Assembly: GCA_951406725.2 (NCBI GenBank)
Contig: OX597814.1
Span: forward strand, 105,648,001-105,712,000
DNA: 64,000 nucleotides
Reading direction: 5' to 3'
Source of the DNA: Octopus vulgaris
Taxonomy: Eukaryota
This document shows positions 54,591 through 64,000 of this stretch, piece by piece. The position numbers and the translations under genes were made by a program. Position 1 is the first letter of the stretch; each line of letters opens with the position of its first letter. The notes under the pieces are model-generated. The model saw only the letters and a program-made list of their open reading frames with translations, had not been told where the DNA came from and searched no databases.

Positions 54591-55197
54591 ATGGACCATT
54601 AGTCAGCGAAAGAGGGAGAGAGAGAGAGAGAAAGAATGAGACAGTGAAGGTGGCGTGTTATTAAAGAGATATTCGCATAAATGCTGCCATCTTTAACTCT
54701 TTTATGATAGGTTAGAAATCAATTAAGAAAACAGTTAGCGGATATCTATGGCTGAAACCTCCATCCCATTGGCTACTTGGTTATCGGTAGTGCGGCGGCG
54801 AAGGATTGGTGTTTGCCTTGTGTCCAAGGTCGTTTCATGTGGCTGAACTGGTTTTCAATAACGCTTGCAACACACGCACACACACGCACGCACACGCACG
54901 AACACGCACACACACACGCACACCCACACACACACAATCTATTTTCTGCCTCAGAACACTCTCTTGCAAGGTGTTGGTGAGGGCCCTGATTTACTGCGCT
55001 ACGTTTTGTTTTTTTACAGCAGAAGAGACGAACCGAGTTTGTTAAAAGATTTAAAGTAGAAATAACGAAATGTAGTATGAGCAACTTTGACCACTTACGA
55101 TTACGAAATTATGTACGAGTGTGTGTTTGTGTGTGTCTGTGTGTGTGTATACGTATGTATTCATGTATATATATATATATATATATATAAATATGTA

Positions 55198-55210
<13 letters not shown>
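54591..55210 (+). repeat. Segmental duplication, copy 2; carries the empty (TA)n site for the 5851-7660 insertion
   Basis: Matches 5222-5850 joined directly to 7661-7704. Confidence 0.93.
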
Positions 55211-55233
<23 letters not shown>

Positions 55234-55671
55234 TGAGAGAGAGAGAGACCTAGGTCGAAAGTTAATCGTTTACTTCCTTCTCCTTCTTCAAAGCTGTTAT
55301 TTTTTCTTTCTATTGTTTTCTTTTTAGCTTTTCTTTGCCCCAAAAAAACTCACTCAGACGCGGTAACACTCGCACTAACACTTACACTACACTCACACAA
55401 ATCCACTCACACTCAGGTATACTATTATTCGATATCTTTTGGGCGAGATTTCGCTGCTGTTTAAAGTAAATCAAGTAATTGCCGTACAGACACACTCCCG
55501 CCCTCTTTAGTTCGAGAAAACTGACACCAGTATCATTCGAACCCACAACACAAAAAAAAAGCATCTCGATACTAGCGTCGTAACATGATTGGCTGTGAAC
55601 CGTAACGGAAGGGACTTAACTCTTCGTTGTGAACTTGGAATTAATTGTCCACCCTAATAATAGTCCATGCG

Positions 55672-56068
55672 GAAATGTGGCAAGCTGGCAGAAACGTTAG
55701 CACGAAATGCTTAGCGGTATTTCATCTGTCTTTAAGTTCTGAGTTCAAATTCCGCCGAGGTTGATTAAATAAGTACCAGTTACGCACTGGAGTCGATGTA
55801 ATCGACTTAATCTCTTTGTCTGTCTTTGTTTGTCTCCTCTGTGTTTAGCCCCTTGTGGGCAATTCAGAAATAAGAAACGTTAGCACGAAATGCTTAGCGG
55901 TATTTCGTCTCCCTTTACGTTCTGAGTTCAAATTCCGCCGAGGTCGACTTTGCCTTTTATATTTCCGGGGTCGATAAATTAAGTTCCAGTTGCGTACTTG
56001 TGTCGGTCTAATCGACTGGCCCCATTCCCCAAAAATTTTGGGTCTTGTGCTTGGAGTAGAAAAGAATA
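55672..56068 (+). mobile_element. SINE family A, tandem double copy
   Basis: Two AGAAACGTTAGCACGAAATGCTTAGCGG heads. Confidence 0.85.
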
Positions 56069-57159
56069 ACAGTCCATCCGTCTCCTTCTCCCCCCCTCTC
56101 TCTCTCTCATCCAATTGTCGTTCTCAACGCATGATCAACTCTCGTGCAGCGAGGCCTCTAGTCAAAGGCGTTCCAGCCATAATCATTTTGTTATATAGAT
56201 GACAACTACATTGTCTAACGTATTCTTTTCCCCTTAAGACAATAAGCAGTAATTTTACAGAGATTTAGCTGCTATGTCTAGCAAATCGACCGACTCTTTT
56301 TTCTCTTTTTGTGTGTGAATGTTACCACTTGGACCAGTTTCTTTTTTTTTTTTGCTGTAGAATTCAATTGTTTTGGGGGTAATTCTTTAGACATTTAGGC
56401 CCCAGATTATATTTTTACGCTACACCAAATTTGCAGGCCCACCCCCTCGACCACCACCACCACCACCACTTTTTTTTTCAATTCTCTTCTTCTGTGAGTT
56501 CTGACCTTAATAATTACATTCCAAAATATCTCTTGGGAAAATTGTTCTGTGATCTACTGGCAACAAAATGTCGTTTGACCATTCTATGGATGAAAGGGAA
56601 GTTCTATGATAGTAAAATCATCTACACAACAACAACAACAACAACAGCAGCAGCAGAGTGGAGGTTAAATTGATATTAATGGCCTCCTCCCTCTCCTCAT
56701 AGGAAATGGCTCGGAACAAACAAAATGCGAATTAGTTTACGGCAGTTGGACAAATCAACGGAGTTGGTTGGTTTGCTTTGGTCGGCAGTAAAAGAGAAAA
56801 TTAGGGGGAATAAAGATAATGGAGACAGGAAGAGTTAGTCCAACGTCTGACTGGTGTGTGTGAGAGGTTAATCCATTAACATCGGCTTAATTAGTAAACA
56901 AGTCTCTATGTTGCGTTGACTAATTATTATAGTCAGCCTCCATTTACCGTTTTTGTATCACGAAATCCAAGAGAACAGATTAGTTCCCCATGGAGACTTT
57001 AAGTACCAGAATCCTCCATGATAAAACATTCGTCTCAAGTTCTGTGCAGCAACAAATTTTGTGTTTTATAATCGACTCTGAAGTTTACGATTTTTCCATT
57101 TAGACAGTAATTATTTTGGTTGGTGCTGTCATTGTTGTTATTATTATTATTTGTACAAC

Positions 57160-57330
57160 TGCCTCAAGCTGACAGAACTGTTATCACACCAAGAAGAATG
57201 CTTAACAGTATTTCGCCCGTCTTTATGTTTTAAGTTCAAATTCCGCAGAGCTTGACTTTACCTTTCATCTCTCAGGGATCAATAATATAAGTACCAGTTG
57301 ACCACTGGAGTCGATGGTCTCAACTAGCCC
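57160..57330 (+). mobile_element. SINE family A, old copy
   Basis: AAGTTCAAATTCCGC...CCTTTCATC...AAGTACCAGTTG. Confidence 0.7.
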
Positions 57331-58082
57331 TCTCCCTCCTCTCCCTCTAAAACCGTCTACCTTATGCTAAATTTTGAATATTCTTAGTAGAAGTTCTACG
57401 TCAGCAATACATAAGGCGGGTAAGGGCGATGATGTTTTCGGGGAAACTCTCGGCCTCGATGAAAATAAACAAGTTGGTTTGTTTCGGAGAATTTTCGGGC
57501 CGGAGTCACCTAGGAATAACTTCCCGAAATCCTGAGGGGCACTCTTTTTGTTCAAACCCACATTGGCTTTTTCAAGTTCTTCATGGAAAACAAAGTAAAG
57601 ATAGAAACGGAAGTGTTCTGTCAGTGAATTTGAAAAAAATAAAAGATAATGGGTGAGCATGTGACTCCTAATCTGAGGTGATCAAATAAGCATGAAGCAA
57701 GCAAACGAGTGTAACAGAAATAGAATGAACGAAAATATTTTAAGCTGGTGCCTGTCAACTGGAGAACAGCAGTTGGACAAGGTTTTGTGCACCTAATAGT
57801 CAGGTTGCCCCGGATCTATAGGGGTCCCTTGACGGGCTCTAATCGGAGTTTCTCTTGTATTAGGGCTACTTTATAGACGCCTTCATATACTTTGTATATT
57901 TTGAATATTTATATCTGTTTTCCTTTTCTTCTCTCCATATTTTATATAACCTCGCCCCACCACACATGCACACACACACATACACACACTTCACACACAA
58001 ATTGTAGTGTCTTTGTAATGTTCTCTTCATCCGTTGCCACAGTGACAAACAAAAGAAATCATCATCATCATCATCTGTATTC

Positions 58083-58176
<94 letters not shown>

Positions 58177-58185
58177 GACGACGAC
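58083..58185. repeat. (TAC)n microsatellite
   Basis: Direct inspection. Confidence 0.95.
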
Positions 58186-58594
58186 TGAAGTTGTGTTAAA
58201 CGTTGCTATTTTTACTGAAATCTTCATCGAAGAACAACACCAGATTCTATTGGAAAGAGAATAGGAGTGAAAACTGGTTAAATATTAATTCGCAGAATGG
58301 AAACTGCAGATAGAATTGATGCGACAGGATGGAAACAGAGAGAAGAAAATCAAACGCTTTTATTATAACTGATTAATAAATTAGCAAGTTACTAATCGAT
58401 TAAATAATTATGTCCACCTTCTCCGTTGTTTTTTTAAAAGTTTTCTTAGTTTCCTTTATTTCAAGAAAATATTAAATCTAAAAGAAGCAGTGGAAATGAG
58501 AATAGTTAAGAAATGAGTTTCTCGAAACGGAATTTTTTCATCTCTTTGTTTTATTTGAAGAAATTATCAGCTGCTTTGGCAACCAGAAATATCC

Positions 58595-58627
<33 letters not shown>

Positions 58628-59825
58628 AATTAGAGGAATATTTAATCTAGTAACTACTGCAGCTGCTTGTTTAGCCGAAAGCACTATTATTCTTGTTAAA
58701 GTCGTCTGCTGTAAGATGCAAATGTCATCCATTTGTCAGTTCCATTCTTTTCAACAGTTGACACATTGTAAAAAATAAATTATCGCGTTTGGCCCAAGCG
58801 AAATTTCCATTGTTAAAATGAAGACGGAAAGCTGACTGTATCATTGGCTCATTGTGCTAAATGCTTAGCAGCCTTTCTTCGACATCTAATGTGCTGAGTT
58901 CAAATCCTCCTGTGGTCGACCTGGTCTTTCATCCATTTGGAGTCGATACAATCAAGTACCAATCATGTACTGGGATTATTATCGATTAAACCCCTCCCCT
59001 TATATTTATGCCAATATTGAACAGTGAGAATGAATTTTCAGCACTGCATTGATGGGCAAACACTCTTTACTTCTGGATTAACAAGGCTACCAATGTTTTC
59101 ACGTGAATAGATCTTCACAATTATCCATGTGTGTCACATGGAAGTTTTGGTACTCGTTTCCACTAACACTTCCATGTTTCCATGTGGTACACTTGAACAA
59201 ATTGTGAAGATCTCTTCACCTGAAACCGTTGGTTGCATTGTTAACCCACAAATCAAAGAAATATATGTATATGTATATTTATATACAGGCTTCTTTTGGT
59301 TTCCGCCTCTTGAATCCACTCACATAGCATCGGTCCACTAAGGCTATTCAGTCCATTGGGGCTATGGGTGAAGTCACCATCTGAAGATGGCACTGACCTC
59401 GAAGTCATGTGGTTAGGAGACAAACTCGTTGGCAATGCAGCCAGGTCTTCGGGACTCTCTGAGATCTTTCTCTTAACACAATTTTAACTCATGCAATTTC
59501 ATATAATGGAACGAACACAAGCTTTCAATGGGAGTTGCTTATGTCAGTGTTCCTTGGCTGTTAGAGACAGGGTAGGACAATTGTCGTAACGACGACACAC
59601 ATTGCAGCAGGAAATGATGTGCATCACTACTGTCCTGTCACCGGGGAATAATCCTGTAGTTTTCCTTTAATCTCAACATTGGAACCGTTTCGAGTCATGA
59701 GATTATCTCCCCTTCTCATTTAGAGTTAGTCTGAATTGTTAGTTGAGAATTGTGACACCGCCGCTACAGGTGGATAAAATTATAATAGATCAAGAAATTG
59801 TGTTGTACTGTATTTGATAAACCTG

Positions 59826-59940
<115 letters not shown>

Positions 59941-60124
59941 TGCACCCACACACACACACACGGACAAAGCACCAATAGAAAGAAAACGTGATACAATAAA
60001 GAAAGAATTAAAAATGAAATTTGTGTGTATACTTATGTGAAACGCATGCATCGTGTATGTATGTATGTGTGTATATATTTACCTGTATGTGTACAAGTGT
60101 TTTTACTGTGTATACTATGACTAA

Positions 60125-60185
<61 letters not shown>

Positions 60186-60772
60186 ATGTTTGTATGTATT
60201 TATGTAGATACATATGTATGTATATGTATAAGGATGTGTGTGCCATCTTAGCCTGCAGTGGATAGAGATTATACAGAGCGGTATTGTGTGAATATATAAT
60301 AAAAAACATTGTGCAGAAGTGTATATTGAGAATGTATGCGTATAATAAGATTGTGCGCGTGTATAAAAAAAATTAGTCAATCTATTAATACGAATATATG
60401 GATGTATAAACGAGAATCTGGTGCGCAAGGAGAATGAGTTGGTGTGTGTGTGAGATACGTGGGTATATGAATTCGATTTTTATAGAAATGAAAGTACAAG
60501 GACGCTTTCATTTCGCTTTGTGCTGTCAGAAGATGTGTCTGTGAAATACGTTCATGTGCGCGCTCACTTTCAGATTGTCTCTGAGCATATTCACAAGAAT
60601 TTCTATGAATATTTACCTAAGATATTATGTAAGGACCGATTGTAAACGAAGATGAAATTTTCTTATATTTCTTCTTCAGGTTAAAGAATTTTCTACAAAA
60701 CTACAAAACTAGTTCTGCTGCTTTTGAAGAACTCTTTAAATTGACTGCTGCTACTACAGCTACTACTACTAC

Positions 60773-60806
<34 letters not shown>

Positions 60807-60940
60807 GTTGTTGTTATTGACAACATAAACTGCCCAGCGTGTCTTCATTTCAACAGACTCGTTTTCTTCTTTTTTTTTCTTCTTTCTGCTTTACCTGTCT
60901 TACCCAGAACAAAACTCATTTCTTCACCACACACACATAT

Positions 60941-60974
<34 letters not shown>

Positions 60975-61125
60975 CCTCTCTCTCATGTATAATTTTCTCT
61001 GGATTTCCAGTATTTTTGTTCAGTTTGTCTCACCCATAATATACTTCACGCTTCCATTTTCTTTCTCTTCATCCCATCTTATTCTTATTTCTCTATATAG
61101 TCTTTACCCACAATGCATTTTACCC

Positions 61126-61212
61126 TTCTTCTTCTTCTTCTTCTTCTTCTTCTTCTTCTTCTTCTTCTTCTTCTTCTTCTTCTTCTTCTTCTTCTTCTTC
61201 TTCTTCTTCTTC
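61126..61212. repeat. (CTT)n microsatellite
   Basis: Direct inspection. Confidence 0.95.
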
Positions 61213-61739
61213 ACCCAGAATGTCACTATTTCTCGTTTTCCATTTCTCTACTTTCACAATTTCTGATAACGCCATTCCTTCTTTATCTTTTCAAGATATC
61301 TTTTTGTCTTTTTTTACCTCCCCCGCCACCCCTCCACATCATCAGATTCTTCTTAGTTTCTTCATTCTTGACCAATTATCAACAAGTACTTGGTACCTAT
61401 TGAACATTTCTAAAACCAAAATCCCATCCTCCCTATTACAGTTCCACAACGATTAAAATTCTTATTCCAAAGGTCCTTCATGAATTAGGTTTCTTTTTTT
61501 CTTCCTTTCTGCGATTCTCTTCTTCGATGATATTCGTTCGATCTTATTTCTGTTGCTCTCTCATTCAGAAACGGTTTGATGCGTTCGCCTCATATGATGA
61601 AGATACTCCCATAACATGTCTATACTCTGTTATAGTTGTTCTATGGTGGTCAATAAATATAATTGTCTAATTGCAGATAATGTCTAGTTCTGGGGAGTGC
61701 GGTGGGGGAAGGTCGACGACTAAATTTAGACAAAGTTTG

Positions 61740-61995
61740 TGGTTCTGTAGAAAGAAATTTGCTTCCCAACCACATAGTTCCAGGTTCAGTCCCACGGCGT
61801 GGCACCTTGCGCAAGTGTCTTCTACTATAGCCTCGGGCCAACCAAAACCTTGTAAGTGGATTTGGTGGAGATAAACTAAAAGAAGCTCGACGTGTGTGTG
61901 TGTCTGTCTGTCCCCCTACCGCTTGACAACCGGTGTTAATGTGTTTACATCAACGTAACTTAGCGGTTCGATAAATAATAATTACTAAACTTTAA
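61740..61995 (+). mobile_element. SINE family B, 3'-truncated
   Basis: GGTTCAGTCCCAC...GCAAGTGTCTTCTACTATAGCCTCGGGCC. Confidence 0.82.
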
Positions 61996-62563
61996 AAGAT
62001 CAGAAAAAAACTTTGCTGTCAGTCTCTCGGGTTCCATTAATTAAAGTACCACTCAGAACTAAACTCGATAAAATCGATTAACCTCGTCGTTTTTTGAAAA
62101 TTATTGCACTTAGACCTAAACAAGAAACTACGATAAGCTAATGTGATATATATATATATATATATATAACAACTTATAAACAAGGGTAAAAGAAAACAAA
62201 ATCCGATGCCAAAATAGACTTAATCATCAATAAGCATATAATTTATCACTATAAGCACGCGTCTCGAAAGCAAGCCGATAGAAATTTCTAAAAAATTTCA
62301 TTATTATCGGATCGGTCCCAGTTTCTGAGTTAATTCATTTAGAATTTTCTCGTATTCATCAGCGATATAAATACGATAAGAAAATAAATGAGATACTTAC
62401 TCGTAACCATGGAAGAAGTAAATACTAAGTCATGAGCACACTTAAGTAACCCAAATATATCCAAAATAGAAATTCCACAGCATACCTCGAGATCCGCGTG
62501 ATCGGACTGAAAATTCTCATAGAGTGAGAGAGTCCGAAAGTGAATTAAATTTACATCTAATAT

Positions 62564-62604
62564 AGGATAAAATTTTCGAAAAAATTTTATCAAAGGCCAG
62601 CATA

Positions 62605-62644
<40 letters not shown>

Positions 62645-63029
62645 CATATATTCAGAGAGAGATATTTATAATAGTATAAAGTGCAATTATAATTAAGGGC
62701 AGAGAGGCTTCTGTGCCTCTATGCTGAAGATAGACGCCAAATGCATCTAACTGCAAATCATCACTTTATAATTTACACATGCTGAAAGCGAGGAAGTCGA
62801 CTGACAGAAATTCATAAAATAATTCGCTTTCAACATGTGTAAATTAAAAAGTGATGATTTGGAGCGGTTAGACGGGTTTAGCGTCTCTCTTCAGCATAGA
62901 GGCACAGAAGCTTCTCTGCCCTTAATTATAATTGTGTTTTACACTATTATAAATCTCTATATATGAATATACCTAAACAGGTCTATTTTAGATACTGGCC
63001 ATTGGTAAAATTTTTAATTATTTTATCCT
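62564..63029. repeat. ~465-bp imperfect inverted repeat (fold-back) between TA tracts
   Basis: Core arms 62647-62791 and 62824-62971; outer arms AGGATAAAAT...GGCCAG and CTGGCC...ATTTTATCCT. Confidence 0.85.
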
Positions 63030-63040
63030 TTAATTATATT

Positions 63041-63090
<50 letters not shown>

Positions 63091-63101
63091 ACATATGGTA
63101 T

Positions 63102-63507
63102 AATTATAAACAGGGCAAATTATAGCCATTTCTTCCCAGGCTGAATAAAAATGACGAACCACGTTAATCGATTTTCGAACATTATGGGCTTCTCATCAGA
63201 GGCACCTACAGCGTTCTGATAGTCTCCAGGGAAACAATCAGCCAAACTGTTTATATACTCAACAAATGCAGCAGTTACTCTATGAAGGGGTCCTTAATTT
63301 GCATACCGAAAGTGTTTAACATTCTATAAATACCAGCGGTCTGTCAACGGGGATCTTAGTTTACACAGTATCAAGGTATGGTGTAATAAATATGCAACAT
63401 AGGGGACAATTATAAACAAGGAAAATTTTAGCCATTTTTACGCTGACTGAAAAAATGATGAACAACCTTAATCGATTTTCGGACCTTATTGGGTTCTCAT
63501 GAGAGAA
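63102..63507 (-). mobile_element. Decayed retrozyme-like unit: 304-bp period bounded by two minimal type I hammerhead motifs
   Basis: Direct repeats 63102-63203 and 63408-63507; minus strand CCU-CUGAUGA-GAA..UUC-GAAA-AUCGAU-UA and UCU-CUCAUGA-GAACC..GGUCC-GAAA-AUCGAU-UA-AGG. Confidence 0.65.
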
Positions 63508-63522
63508 TACACACGCGCGCGT

Positions 63523-63564
<42 letters not shown>

Positions 63565-64000
63565 GCGCGCATCTTAGTTTGGCCCTCTCTGCTACATTCA
63601 CTGGTATGGCTTTCTCTGCCGTTGCTTGCGACCTTCCTTCTTATTACTTTAATCATTGCCTGCTCAAAGTTTTGCATTTTGTATGACCTATGTGCTGTAG
63701 CATGGGCGAAGCTACGATGGTTAAAACAAACCAAAGTATAAACGTAAGCCTGTCTACCTAGCTCTTCTCGCGCTTAGCTCATTTTCCCAGTCGTCAATAA
63801 ATATTTATATATTATCTTTCCCGGTTAATTCCTTTGTTAATTCCAAGTTAACTTTTTACCAATAATTCTTGGGCGGAAACGAAAAATATAAAGAGACTGA
63901 AAGACTTTGGAATAATAAAATGGCTCCATTGTCACTTCCGCCGTATTGTCTTCCCGGTAATGTAATTCAATGTCACGGCACAACATTTATAGAACTATTC

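Overview
AT-rich, repeat-saturated eukaryotic non-coding DNA. The tRNA-derived SINE families and the very high (TA)n/(CA)n/(TACA)n/(TAA)n microsatellite density point to an octopus-like cephalopod genome (inference). Nearly all ORFs in the track are microsatellite or SINE artefacts. The only recognisable protein fragments are the C-terminus of a Dong/R4-type LINE sitting in (TAA)n and the C-terminus of a mariner transposase. A few weak minus-strand candidate exons are also present. The standout is a 1.8-kb non-coding insertion in a (TA)n tract (5851-7660). It consists of ~2.7 tandem ~493-bp monomers plus an inverted arm, and each copy carries an intact type I hammerhead ribozyme with an unusually long stem II. 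A near-identical paralogous segment at 54591-55210 preserves the empty (TA)n site. A second, decayed 304-bp tandem hammerhead unit (63102-63507), several hammerhead relics and several TA-embedded fold-backs suggest a family of microsatellite-targeted, retrozyme-like (Penelope-dependent) RNA elements. All folds and alignments were done by eye.
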